DNA of 64,000 nt from Mobula hypostoma (taxonomy: Eukaryota): NCBI RefSeq assembly GCF_963921235.1, contig NC_086097.1, forward strand, positions 36,024,001 to 36,088,000, read 5' to 3'. Position numbers and translations under genes: made by a program. Below the pieces are notes generated by a model, which was not told the origin of the DNA, ran no database searches, and saw only the letters and a program-made list of their open reading frames with translations. Of the stretch, positions 12,911 through 26,059 are shown one piece after another; the stretch's first letter is position 1; each line of letters starts with the position of its first letter.

Positions 12911-14471
12911 ACTAACTCTAACTGTATATCTTTGGAAAATGGGAAGAAACCCAGAGTACCGATAGGAAACCCATATGGTAACAGGAAGAACGTAAAAACT
13001 CCTTACAGATAGCAATGGGAATCGAACTGCAACTGGAGTTTGCTGATATAAAGCGATTCCACTAATTTTACCATGTTTTACCATACCACTCTTCCTACAC
13101 GACCATGCCTCCCATTCTACACTATGGTGATATGAAAAATTGCAAAAACCTTGCTTCTGTCTAAACCTCAATCAAATAAAATAATAAAAAGATCATCACA
13201 CTAAGAGTTTGATTAATCTTTTTGAAAATGATATCTAAATAATAGCACACTGTTTTCTTTCTGAAAGCAGTGTGGCATTGAAGGGAAACATTTTACTCTC
13301 AGGGCTCTTAAAGTGAACAATTCCTTTTACAGATTTTCAGGCTCCCGACCCACTTATCATCACTGCATCCCACTATCGACAGGCACACCTTCGCCACCAG
13401 TCTGCCCCACCTTCAAATTCCTAAAGAATTTATCTTCTATGTTCCAGAGAAAAGGTCATCCTGACTGACAGGATTTTCAATAATCCTTCACGGAGACTGG
13501 AACTGTGGTACACAAATCGAATCATTCACACAGCAATGTTTAAATTGAAATTTATACTCTCTCCAGCTCATACCCAACAAAACAGGTAACATTGTTTGAA
13601 ATGTGATTTATTTGGGAATCAGAAGTTGAACTGATTATTCAGGAATCAGAACATTTTTCTTCAGCCTGATTAAAACCTCAGCTGGAAAGCTAGCTTTCAA
13701 AGGTTTCGAAGTGTTATAGAGTGCTTGTCCTTTTTCATATTCCAAATCATCTAACACTCTCGTAAGAAGCCAACATCATAGAGGTGTGAAAATTAGTCAG
13801 ATATACAAAAACAGACAAATTGGTGCAAATTAGAAATAAAATTATAGACAGTGGCTGATGTTTAACAGGAAGCTCTCTGCACAAACCTTCTTTTGGCAAT
13901 GACATCATATCTGACAGGAGAGAGGAATGGAAATGGGCAGATATCAGAGATAAAACATAATACTTTTAAATACAAAATATACTTATGGACAGAGCTGTGT
14001 ATACCCTGAAGAATTAAATTAGATAAGGTCATATCTTAATGACAGGTAAAGAATGAATGGAATGGAATGGTAATATCTGATCAGTGCTCATGCCTAATCA
14101 TATCATTGTTGTTACAACAGTTGTAGAAAGACTGTGTCAAATGTGGTGATCTACATTCCTTTGGACCCCATGGGGAAGTTGAAGGCAGGTTTTCTGACAT
14201 ATGGACAGTCCACGACCAGATATCAGAAACTATGCATAGGTTTGTGCTCTGGAGGGGTTACTCAATCTGAACTTACTATTGAGCATTAACAAAGTAGTTA
14301 AGAATGATAACCCCCAGTCTGACTGGTATAAGAACAGGCACTCCAGGCTATCTCTGATATGGAGCAGAACATTGAATCCCACCGTTCAGCTGCTACCTGC
14401 CTTCAGCCAAGAAACCCCGGACTATAAGATACTGAATGGCCACAATCCAATGGACGAATTTCTCTGTCAAT

Positions 14472-15160
14472 AACCATATAACAATTACAGCATGGAAACA
14501 GGCCATCTCGGCCCTTCTAGTCCATGCCGAACTCTTACTCTCACCTAGTCCCACCGACTTGCACTCAGCCCATAACCCTCCATTCCTTTCCTGTCCATAT
14601 AGTATCCAATTTAACTTTAAACGTCAACATCGAACCTGCCTCAACCACTTCTGCTGGAAGCTCGTTCCACACAGCTACCACTCTCTGAGTAAAGAAGTTT
14701 CCTCTCATGTTACCCCTAAACTTTTGCCCTTTAACTCTCAACTCATGTCCTCTTGTTTGAATCTCCCCCACTCTCAATGGAAAAAGCAGCATACCAAAAG
14801 CTTTCTTCACCACCCTATCCACATGAGATTCCACCTTCAGGGAACTATGCACCATTATTCCTAGATCCCTCTGTTCTACTGGATTCTTCAATGCCCTACC
14901 ATTTACCATGTATGTCCTATTTTGATTAGTCCTACCAAAATGTAGCACCTCACATTTATCAACATTAAACTCCATCTGCCATTTTTCGGCCCACTCTTCT
15001 AACTGGCCCAAATCTCTCTGCAAGCTTTGAAAACGTACTTCATTATCCACAACTCCACCTACCTTAGTATCATCTGCATACTTACAAATCCAATTTACCA
15101 ACCCATCATCCAGATCATTAATATATATGACAAACAACACTGGACCCAGTACAGATACCC
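14472..15160 (-). mobile_element. CR1-like LINE 3' fragment with internal deletion
   Basis: ORF 14565-15140: LFVIYINDLD...YADDTK...WQMEFNVDKCEVLHFG...FFTQRVVAVWNELP. Confidence 0.9.
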
Positions 15161-15164
15161 AGTA

Positions 15165-16450
15165 CCCAGTACAGTCAAGAGCCGTGAAAGAAGAATTTCC
15201 TCATGTTGTTCAGACCTGGAATCCAATCTATTGCAGAATGTATAACCACAAAATCCAGGGTGGTTTTAGAATCAGAAGATCCATAACTGATGTACTCTTA
15301 GTTCAGCATTTGGAAGAGAAGTACAAATGAGACCATTGTTTATCCACCTTCTCAAAGCATGCAATTGTGTAAACAGGGATAATTCATGCAAGGTGCTGAT
15401 GAAAACCAGCTGCTTACTGAAACTTCTCAATATGATCCATTCCTTTCAGGACAACCAGACCATTCTACCACATCAGAACCTTTCAATGTCCATAAATGAG
15501 TCAGTTATGGCGGCAGCAGCATTCCAATATTTCGTGCTGCGAAATGCCTTCAGCTCATCTGCACAAGACCTCTGTTCCTGAGAGGGCCAAGAAAACTTGT
15601 GCCAGCTCCCCATCAGGCAGTTAGTCTATGCCCACAATGCCATTCTGGCATCCCATACAAAGGGACACTCCCACCGGTTCATGGACAAACTCCATCCTTT
15701 CTGTAAGGAACTGTGTTGGCCACCAGCAATGGGGTAACATGTCCTTTTCCAACTGACACACCACCATAAAACAGCATTGATAATGTGTCAGTGAAGAGCC
15801 TCACACAACCAGCCGTTTGATGCTGATGTCCATGTGCACACTGGAAAGTTTGCAGCTGAGCCAGAAAGAATAGACTAGCAGCAACCCAATGGAAAACTCT
15901 AAAACAGTGTCCCCACTGACATTGAGCTCTGAGTACACCTCTGGGGCCAGAGCAACAGATGCAAGGCATGAGAAATTATTGCAAAATTTTCTATCTTTAT
16001 TGCCTCAGTTACAATCTTAGATATCTCCTGGTGGGGCATGGTCAGTGATTTTCAGGTACTTTAATGTAGACTCCTTCAGACTTTCTAAAAATATTTGAAA
16101 CCTGGTCTTCACCAGTTTTCAAATACAATGGTATTCTGAGAGGCAAGTCTGTGTGCATTCATCACAGAGTGCATCTGCAGTAGATCAGACAGGTTTATCG
16201 GATGGTCAATGGGTGCATTGCTGGGAGCATTCTATATGGTGAATTAATCACCTGGTCACCAACGGTTGGGCATCTAGGCCTCCACTACAAAGGCATCTGA
16301 AAGCTAGATGTGAAGTTGGCAGACACTGACACTGGGACTCAACCACTGGGGGGACTGTTTGAGAAAGGATCAGAAGAGGTGAGGAGAACAGAAAGTTCAG
16401 TGGGCTGAGAAGAGGGCCCAGAGGTAGCAAAAGCCACTAAATTTGGTCCC
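15165..16450 (+). mobile_element. Highly decayed RTE-like LINE relic
   Basis: Peptide remnants QGGFRIRRSITD, RPLFIHLLKA..VNRD, KLLNMIHSF, and near 16230-16310 an ILYGEL...GH..LHYK-like stretch typical of RTE ORF C-termini. May extend upstream of the CR1 at 14472. Confidence 0.55.
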
Positions 16451-16571
16451 TTCTCAGCACGTAGCCTTCATGTGCAGTGAGAGCAACAGAGACCACTACA
16501 ACAGTGTGTCCCCATGAGCCACATGGGGTAAGGTTCAACACTGAGCTGAACATCAAGCTGAAAACTATTTT

Positions 16572-17137
16572 GTAATGATGCAGCTCTATAAAACTCTGGT
16601 TAGGCCACACTTGGAGTATTGCGTCCAGTTCTGGTCACCTCATTATAGGAAGGATGTGGAAGCATTGGAAAGGGTACAGAGGAGATTTACCAGGATGCTG
16701 CCTGGTTTAGAAAGTATGCATTATGATCAGAGAATAAGGGAGTTAGGGTTTTAGTCTTTGGAGAGAAGGAGGATGAGAGGAGACATGATAGAGGTGTACA
16801 AGATAATAAGAGGAATAGATGGAGTGGATACCCAACGCCTCTTCCCCAGGGCACCACTGCTCAATACAAGAGGACATGGCTTTAAGGTAAGGGGTGGGAA
16901 GTTCAAGGGGGATATTAGAGGAAGGTTTTTTACTCAGAGAGTGGTTGGTGCGTGGAATGCACTGCCTGAGTCAGTGGTGGAGGCAGATACACTAGTGAAG
17001 TTTAAGATACGACTAGACAGGTATATGGAGGAATTTAAGGTGGGGGCTTATATGGGAGGCAGGGTTTGAGGGTCGGCACAACATTATGGGCCAAAGGGCC
17101 TGTACTGTGCTGTACTATTCTATGTTCTATGTTCTAT
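16572..17137 (+). mobile_element. CR1-like LINE 3' end, same subfamily as the 36.6-40.2 kb copy
   Basis: ORF 16758-17069: ERRRMRGDMIEVYKIIRGID...RLFPRAPLLNTRGHGFKVRGG...FFTQRVVGAWNALPE, nearly identical to the peptide at 36713-37051. (TATGTTC)n tail. Confidence 0.92.
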
Positions 17138-18082
17138 TGTACTATGGGACAAGAGGCTGCCAGCCTATTCTTTGAAATATTGAAGGTTGTTCAACTAAAG
17201 TAAGGAACCTTGGCAGTGGTGGCGAGGACAAAAAACTGGGGTAGGGCACAGTTTGATGAGGCTATTGTTTGACTGCTTTGGTCCTTCTTAATCTCATTCA
17301 TTAATCTCCCAAGCAGCAAACCCTCACCCACTCCCACAAGCCTCGTCCTCCCCATGCAGTCTGAAACATTTCAAAGAGGTGCTCCCGCACATGGGCAGTC
17401 AGAGGTGCTGCCGCATGACTGACCACACTCACAGCTCAAGAATGAGTTATTTCGAACAGCTCAATGCTAAACCTCGCCTAACTGCAAAAAGCTTGCTCTA
17501 TGTCTCCTCTTTCTTCTTCGGCCGAAGTAATCGTGCTCTGTGCAAAAGACAGTGTGGAAAAATGAAGCGTTGTTTCTAAGTCCTGCTTCTGTGATACAGT
17601 TAATTGCTCCCACAGCTGGGTGTGGTAGACCCCGACTGCCTTAAGAGATTGTATACTCTATGGTAACTGGAGATCTTCTCTTAATAACGAGTGAAAGCCT
17701 GGAGCCCAGTGTTACCACAACCCCTAAATATGTGAGGCTTTGCTCTGAAAATATAAAATTTAAGCCCTTCAGCTGGATCAAATGTCTGGCATTTTCAACA
17801 GAAAGTGTCATTTCCTGTTGTCATGCAAGGATAAATCCTGCTCGGTATCAATATTCAGCACCGTGGGCGAATTGAAACCTTACCTTTCAGTTCCTGAAGG
17901 CATGACATTGAATCAACTGTTCATGAATCAGCTCTTCATAATCCTCTTAATAACAGAGGTTGGCCCCTAAATACTGCAGGTTATGACCCCAGTAGTTATG
18001 TGGGGAACATTTTATCTGTCCACTGGCATGCACTCTTCTGGGGTTTATTTGGATAGTGGGAAAACATCTCAGTTGGAATAAG

Positions 18083-20845
18083 ACCACAAGACCAAAAGAG
18101 ATAGAAGCAGAATTAGGCCATTCATCCGATTGAGTCTGCTCCATCATGGCTGATCCACTTTCCCCCTCAATCCCATTCTCGTGCCTTCTCCCCTTAACCT
18201 TTCATGCCCTGAATAATCAAGAACCTATCAAACTCCGCCTTAAATACACACAATATCTTGGCTTCCACAGCCACCCAAGGCAATGAATTCCATAGATTCA
18301 CCACTTTCTGGCTAAAGAAATTCCCCCTCATCTCTGTTTTAAATAGACATCCTTCTATTCTGAGGCTGTGCCCTCTGGTCCAAGACTCCCCCATGATAGG
18401 AAACATCCTCCCCACATCCACTCTATCGAGGCCTTTCACTATTTGATAAGTTTCAATGAGATCCACCCTTATTCTTCTGAACTCCAGTGAGTACAGGCCC
18501 AGAGCCATCACATGCTCCTCGTACAATAGCCCTTTCATTTGTGGAATCATTCTCGCAAACCTCCTCTGAACCCTCTCAAATGTCAGCACATACTTTCTAA
18601 ATTAAGGGGCCCAAAACTGTTCACAATACTCCAGGTGGGGCCTTACCAGTGCTTTATGAAGCCTCAGTATTACATCCTTGCTTTTATATTCTAGTCCTGT
18701 CGAAATGGATTCTAAAATTGCATTTGCCTTCCTTACCACCGACTCAAACTGCAAGTGAAACTTTAGGGAATCCTGCACAAGGACATAAAAGTCCCTGACA
18801 CCGTTCAGCTAATAGTGTACGTTTTAGTTCCTTCCACCAAAGTACACAAGCTAACACCAGGGGGCACAGTTTTGAGGTGCTTGCGAATAGGTACCGAGGG
18901 GATGTCAGGGTGTCGTGGGTGCAAAGAATGCACTGCCAACAGTGGTGGTGGAAGTGGATACAATAGGGTCTTTTAAGAGCCTCCTAGCTGGGTGCAAGGA
19001 GCTTAGAAAAATCGAGGGCTATGCACAGGGGAAATTCTCTAGGCAGTCTCTAGAGTAGATTACATGGTTGACACAACATTGTGGGCCGAAGGGCCTGTAA
19101 CATGCTGTAGATTTCTATGTTCCATGTTTTATGTACATGCCATACACTTCTGGACACTGTATTCGATCTGCCACTTCTTCGCCCATTCTTCTAATCTGTC
19201 TACATCCTTCTGCACCCTCCCTGCTTCCTCAACACTACCTGACCCTCCACCTATCTTCACATCATCCGCAAACTCGGCAACAAAGCTATCAATTCCATCA
19301 TCCAAATCATTGACATATAATGCAAAAAGAAGCAGTTCCATCTGCAATCCCCGTGGAACACCACTAGTCTCCGACAGCTAATCAGAAAAAGCTCCCTTTA
19401 TTCCCACGTTTTGTCTCCTGCCAATTATCCAATCCTCTATCCTGCCAGCATCTTGCTTGTAAATCCATGGGCATTTATCTTGTTAAGCAGCCTCTGGTTG
19501 TTAGATTAGATTATGAGGACAGGCAGTCCTCTTTTATTGTCATTTAGTAATGCTTGCATTAAGAAATTATACAATTTGTTCCTCCAGAATGATATCACAG
19601 AAACACAAGATAAAAGGCCTTCTGGAAATCCAAGTACACAACATCCAGCAATTCTCCTTTGTCTCCTGCTTGTTATTTCCTCAAAGAGTTCCAACAGATT
19701 GGGGAGGAAAGATTTTTCCTTAAGGAAACCATGTGACTTGGGCCTATTTTTTCATGTGTCTCCAAGTACTCTCAACCTCATACTTAACAATCAACTCCAA
19801 CATCTTCCCATTTACTGAGATCAGGCTAAACTGGCCTATAATTTACTTTCTACTACCTCCTTCCCTTCTTGAAGAGCAGAGTGTCATTTGCAACTTTCCA
19901 ATCGTCTGCAACCATGCCAGAATCTAGTAATTCTTGAAACATCATTACTAATGCTTCCACAATCTCTTCAGCTACCTTTTTCAGAGCCCGGGGGTGCAGT
20001 CCATCTGGTCTAGGTGTCATATAGACCTTCAGACCCATCAGCTTCCCAAGCAGCTTCTCTTTAGCAAAAGCAATTGTACTCACTTTTGCCCCTTGACACT
20101 CTCGAACGTCTGGCACACTGTTAGTGTCTTCCACAGTTAAGATGGATGCAAAATACTGATTTACTTCATCTGCCATTTTCTTGTCCCCCAGTAATACCTC
20201 TCCAGCATCATTTTCCAGCAGTCCGATATCTACTCTCGCCGCTCTTTTACTTTTTATATATTTGAAAAAAACTTTTGGTATCCTCTTTGGTATTATTGGC
20301 TAGCTTACCTTCATATTTCATCTCTTCCCTACTTATGGCTTTTTAGTTGCTTTCAGTTGATTTTTAAAAGCTTCTGAATCCTCTAACCTCACTAATTTTT
20401 GCTATATTATAAGCTCTCTCATGCTTTTATATTGTTTTTGTCTTCCCTTGTCCATTACAGTGTGTCATCCTGTCTTTAGAATACTACTTCTTCTTTGGAA
20501 TATATCTATCCTGTGCCTTCTGAATTTCTTCCAGAAACTCCAGCCATTGCTGTCCTACCATCCTCCCTGCTAGTGACCCCTTCCTATATGGCCAGCTCCT
20601 CTCTCATACCTTTATAATTTCCTTTACTCCACTGTATTGATACATCTGACTTTAGCATCTCCCTCTCAAATTCCAGGATGAAGTTTATCATATTATGATC
20701 ACTGGCTCCTAAGGGTTCCTTTACCTTGAGCTCCCTAATAAAATCTGGTTTACTACGTAAATCCCAATCCAGAAAATTCTTTTCCCGAGTGGGCACAACC
20801 ACAAACTGCTCTAAAATACCACTGTGTAGGTATTCTACCTTCAAT
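18083..20845 (-). mobile_element. Decayed CR1-like LINE ORF2 (about 2.7 kb) with nested insertions
   Basis: Collinear ORFs 20584-20844 (PLGASDHNMI), 19853-20176 (PDGLHPRALK...DWKVAN), 19129-19347 (FADD) and 18194-18589 (ERVQRRFARMIP...FFSQKVVNLWNSLP). Interrupted at about 18853-19130 (plus-strand CR1 tail) and about 19500-19612 (another LINE tail). Confidence 0.88.
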
Positions 20846-20999
20846 TGTTAGAAACTGTGGCTCATATTACCTGCGCGGAAAGCAAAGGGTTGCCCAACCC
20901 CAAACCAGGAATAAGGCAGAAACATATTCCTGTGGATTCCTAAGTCATATACATTCATATACTTTCAGACACTCAGTACAATTACGTATATCTGCAACA

Positions 21000-21525
21000 C
21001 CATAAGGCATAGTGGCAATACTAGGCTATATGGCCCATCGCATCTGCTCTGCTATTTAAAGCTGATTTACTATACCTTTCAACCCCATTTTCCTGTCTTC
21101 TTCCTGTAACTTTTGATGTTCTTACTAAAAAAACATAGAAACATAGAAAATGTACAGCACAATACAGGGCCTTTGCCCCACAAAGCTGTGCCGAACATGT
21201 CCTTACCTCAGAAATTACCTAGGGTTACCCACAGCCCTCTATTTTTCTAAGCTCCGTGTACCTATCCAGGAGTTTCGTAAAAGACCCTATCATATCCACC
21301 TCCACCACCGTTGTTGGCAGCCCATTCCACGCACTCACCACTCCGCGTAAAAACTTACCCCTGACATCTCCTCTACCCCTGACTAATCAGGGAACTATCA
21401 AGCTCTGCTTTAAACAGATCCAATGACTTGATCTCCACAGCAGTCTGCAGAAATAATTTCTACAAATTCACTACCCTTGGCCTAAAGAAATTCCTCGTCA
21501 TCTCTGTTCTAAATGGACATCCAAG
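21000..21525 (-). mobile_element. CR1 3' tail containing a second nested CR1 3' tail (about 21130-21375)
   Basis: Two CR1-type termini (cataaggcatag...; aaacatagaaacatagaa...), each followed by 3' UTR and ORF2-end sequence. Confidence 0.7.
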
Positions 21526-22943
21526 TAGTCAAACAGTGTAAAATGACTTACAGAAGTTTGAGAATATAGAGTCTCTACCTTATCCACAGTTCCTTTCATT
21601 TCTGAGTGCAAATTTGGTGCCTGGAGCTTCATTTGCGTTTTGAACCCAAGCCCATTTCCCAACCCCATTCCAATATGTTGCACTAATGAAAAATTCCATC
21701 ATATTTTGCTGTAAAGATATGGACCCCTTCAAATTTCTTAGAAACACTATAACCTTGTCTCTATTAGTTTTTGAATATTCTGGACAATAGTAGAAAGTTC
21801 GAGCCTGGAATATTTTGTATAAAAATTTCACAAGTTTGTGACCAACATGGGTGTCTTTGATAGTACATCTTGAATGCGTCAAAATGACCATGGCAGTGCC
21901 TTTCTCTGGAAAGATTAAGTTTCAGTTTCCACAGCCCAGTAAGTCAATCCAGCAGAGCAATTAAAGGATCTTCTCCCTCAAGTTTAATTCAGTCCATGCT
22001 TTGCCCCATTCCCAGTGCCATTTACAGCTGGTCATCGAAGGCTCAGCTGTGCCTATGGATCTCGATCAAGGCCTCCTGTGTGGTTAGTTTGCATGCAATA
22101 ATGACTCAGCAATGACAAGGCTCCCAGTGAATTTTCCCTTCTCTCAGCAGCTCACACCATGTTTTCCAATTAATACCTTTCTCTGTTACATTTAACTTTG
22201 GAACTGCTGTGCTTCAATCCTGCAACTCTGCATTATGCAGGACACCCACAGCATGCAGGGGATTCTATAAGCAATGAAACATTCCTTTGCAGAATTGCAA
22301 CGTACGATATGCAGGCATTGAACCAGATACAGGCTGAAAGAATGGGTTGAAGATAAACTAAATGTCTTGATACAGTAATAAAACTCTATAGACAATGTGC
22401 TGGGATCCCTCCAGCTGATCGCTCCTTCAGTATTATCCTGCAGCATGTCGGTGTCATTCTGGTTGTGATTGATCAAATGAACAATCTTCTGGTGCTTTGA
22501 GAAGATAGTCACGAAAAACATATTTTTAAGCCATTTTGAACCAAGGTTATACTCTATTGTCCAGAATGCTGACAGTGCCACCATTTTCATACCCTCCTCT
22601 CATTTTGTTTCCCACTTAGAGGCAAAGCACCCAGGGATGTACTTAATCCACAATATGCAGCCCTGGATATTGCTCCTCTATGGAAAACAAGGGCTCTTCC
22701 AGACTTGAGTCCAGAAGTCAAAGTCTGATGGCTGAAGCCCGGACAATGCAGTTGGACGGCTGTCCATTAGGAGGAAAGAAAGGGGCTTGTTTTGCTGTTT
22801 GTTGTGTTTTGTTTTGTGTTGCTCTGCCAAGGATTGTGGGCATGTATGTGGTGCTAAAATGTGTGGCAACACTTGCAGGCTGCCTCCAGCACCTCCTTAA
22901 GTGTGTTCTTTGTTAACACACAAATGATGCATTTGAGTGTATG

Positions 22944-23747
22944 CAGACATCCCACTCGGCAAAAACTCATTTCAGGGAGGTAGCACCATCGATTTGCGGG
23001 AGACTTCCGGGAGAGGTGGGATGTCTGCAATAGAGTAGCTCCTTAGTAGCTGGCCGGCTAGTTTAAATAATGTTAGCTACGCTAATGAACGAATGACACC
23101 TGTTAAACTCACCTCAACATGTCTATTACAGTCTTAACCCACCATGGGAATAGAAAAGTCACTGTTGCAAACAGTGCAGCGAGCAACACTGTCATTATTT
23201 TTGACCCCTATTAGGCAGGGGTACACTTTAGTGCAGTCTGGGGTGACGTACGTTTCATATTTTCTTTTTTTTTTGGAACACTCTGCCACAGCGCGCTCTC
23301 GCTCTTTCTCTCTCGCTTGCTTGCTCTCTCGCTCTCTTGCTCGTTTTCTCTCTCGCGGTCTCGCTTTCTCTGTCACGCTCTCGCTTGCTTTCTGTCTTGC
23401 CCTCTCACTCGCTTTCTCTCTCGCTTGCTTTCTCTCTCGTTCTCTCGCTTTCTCTCTCACGCTCTCAATTGCTTTCTCTCTCGCTCTCTCGCTTGCTTTC
23501 TCTCTCGTGCTCTCGTTTTCTCGCTCTCTCTCTCACTCGCTTTCTCTCTCATTCGCTTTCTCTCTCACTTGCTTTCTCTCTTGCTTGCTTTCTCTCTTGC
23601 TTGCTTGCTCTCTCGCTCTCTCTTGTTTTCTCTAGCTCGCTCTCAAAAAATTGATTTCCATGATATTGTATATAATTTGCGGGCATCAGGGAGCCACTAT
23701 TAATATGCGGGAGACTCCCGGAACTTCTGGGAGAGGTGGGATGTCTG
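22944..23747 (-). mobile_element. Non-autonomous DNA transposon (hAT-like) with relic zinc-finger exon
   Basis: TIRs CAGACATCCCAC / GTGGGATGTCTG. Flanking direct repeat TGTATG at 22938-22943 and 23748-23753. Internal peptide KKKRKYETY...YPCL...ARCTVCNSDFSI. Confidence 0.8.
23294..23645. repeat. CT-rich minisatellite ((CTCTCG/CTTGCTTT)-like units) inside the DNA transposon
   Basis: Repeated tctctcgcttgctttctc variants; source of the spurious RE-rich and LS-rich ORFs. Confidence 0.9.
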
Positions 23748-23859
23748 TGTATGTTTCTATGTACATGTGAAAAACAGTTCGAATTCAAATCTCAATATGA
23801 CATTAACTCATTCCAATGATTTTAATTCCAAGAAGTCTTGGGGGCAAAAGAAATTGTAA

Positions 23860-25890
23860 CACTGAGCAAATTGTGAGGGTATTAGGCAGGAACGAGGGAG
23901 AGTTAATTGGGTAAGGACACATGTGAATAGCATAGAGTACAGGACAAGTATGTCCCAGTAAAAAAGGTCAAGGATGGAAAGGTAAGGGTATCGTGAATGT
24001 TGAGGGAGGTGGTGAATTTAATCAATAAATGAAACATATGTAGAGTTTAGGAAGCGAAAACCAAATAGCCCCCTTGAGGATTTATAAAGAGGCCAGAAAA
24101 GAACTCACAAAGGGAATTACAAGAGCCAGCAGAGGCCATGATAAGTCCTCAGTAAGCAGGGTTAAAGAGAATCCCAAGGCATTCTATACGTACATCAAGA
24201 ACAAGAAGATAACCTGGGGGGAGGTAGGAGTTATCAAGGAATAAATGCAGGAACATGTGCTTGGATTGGAGAATGTGGGTGAGGTCCTCAATGGCCTACA
24301 TTGCATCAGCATTTACCAAGGAGAAGAACATGGAGGATAGGGAGATTAGTGTGTTGCATACTAATTTGCTAGGCCATTTTGAGATAGAGGTAGTGTTGGA
24401 TCCCAGGGCCTGATGGGATATACCCCGGATTACTGACAGAAGCAAGGGATGAGATTGCTGGGGCTTTAATCAATATGTCCTCTCCAGCTACAGGTTGGAG
24501 CAAGCACTGATGGGTAGCTGATATCGTTCCTTTACTCAAGGAGGGAACTAGGGATAGTCCAGTAGACTAGTAAGTCTTATGATTGGCGTAGGCAAGTTAC
24601 TGAAGCTGCCTCTTTGGGATAGGATTTATGAACAATTGGAAAACAATAGTCTAATTAGGGATGGCCCACGTGGCTTTGTGCAGAGGAAGTTATGTCTTAT
24701 TAACTTGGTTGAGTTTTTCAAGGACGTGATGACAATGATTGATGAAGGTAGAGCTGTGAATGTTGTTAAGGAGGCTTGTCCGGAAGATTAAGATGCACAG
24801 GGACCACAGCGAATCAGCCATTTGGATTCAGAATTGACATGTTCATAGAAGATTGAGGGTAGTGGTCAATAGGACATATTCTGGCTGGACATCTTCAACT
24901 AGTGTTGTTCTGCAGGGGTTCGTACTGGGACCTTTGCTGTTTGTGAAATATAAAAGACCCAAATAAAACATAGATGGGTGTGTTAGTATATTTGCAAATG
25001 ATTTTGAAGATTGGTGTTTTTCAGGATAGTGCAAAGGATGCAGTGGGATGTACGTTTGTAGATCAGTTGCTGATATGGGCGGAGAAATGGCAGACAGAAT
25101 TTAACCCAGCTAAATGTGAAGTGTTGCACTTTGGAAGATCAAATGTAAAGAGACAGTACACTGTTACTGGCAAGACCCTTACCAGAGATCTTAGAATACA
25201 AGTCCATAAATCCCTGAAAATGGCTGCACAAGTTGAAAAGGTGGTCAAGAAGGCATATGGTATACTTGCCATTATTAGTTGAGGAACTGAGTTTAACAAT
25301 CAGGAAGTTATGCTGCAGCTTTGTAAACTTTAGTTAGGCCGTATCTGGAGTATTGCATTCTTTTCTGGACATTCCATTATAGGAAGGATGTTGAGGCTTT
25401 GAAAAGGATGCAGAAGTGGTACCTAGATTAGAGGGCAAGTGTTATAAGGAGTGGTTGGACAACCCCGGGTTGTTTTCTCAGGAGCAGAGGAGGACGAGGG
25501 GAAATTTTATAGAGGTTTAAAAGATTATGAGAGGCATAGGTAGAGTCAACAGCCATTATCGCTTTCCCAGGGTCAAAATGTCTAACACCAGAGGAATGCA
25601 TTGAAGAAAACAGGGGGCTAGTTCAAAAGAGATGTGCATGACATTTTTTCTTTTACACAGAGAGTGGTGGGTGTCTGAAATGCACTGCCTGGGATGGTGG
25701 AGGCAGGTATGATAAAGGCATTCAAGAGGTTCTTGTATAGACAAATCATTTATGTGCAGGCAATAGAAGGAATGGATGTTGTGTAGGCAGAAAGGATTAG
25801 TTTAGTTGGGTATCTGATTACAAATGTATTTAGTCTGGCACAGCATTGTAGGTCAAAGGACCTTCTCCTGTGCTGGACTGCTCTATGTCT
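23860..25890 (+). mobile_element. Decayed CR1-like LINE ORF2
   Basis: ORFs 24579-24791 (RGFVQRKLCLINLVEFF) and 24974-25282 (WAEKWQTEFNPAKCEVLHFG); CR1-like tail at about 25840-25890. Confidence 0.85.
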
Positions 25891-26059
25891 AACACTGCCT
25901 TGAGGCTTACCTCGAGCAGATACAATCCCCAGGATACTGTGCTACAGGCTTGAAATGAAAAATTCCTAGAATCTGACGAGTTTTTTCTGAAGTAGGACTG
26001 CACCAGTGTGGCTCACAAGGCAGTTGACACTGCGGACTCTGTCACTTACAAAGATTTAG

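Noticed and set aside
17878..17960. Strong minus-strand donor AG|gtaagg in the last SYT16 intron
   Set aside because: All three frames have nearby upstream stops, there is no good acceptor, and the flanking SYT16 exons already join seamlessly (PP-D-TY).
23134..23788. RE/K-rich and L/S-rich ORFs
   Set aside because: These are translations of a CT-rich minisatellite; only the CxxC-containing tail is meaningful, as a transposase relic.
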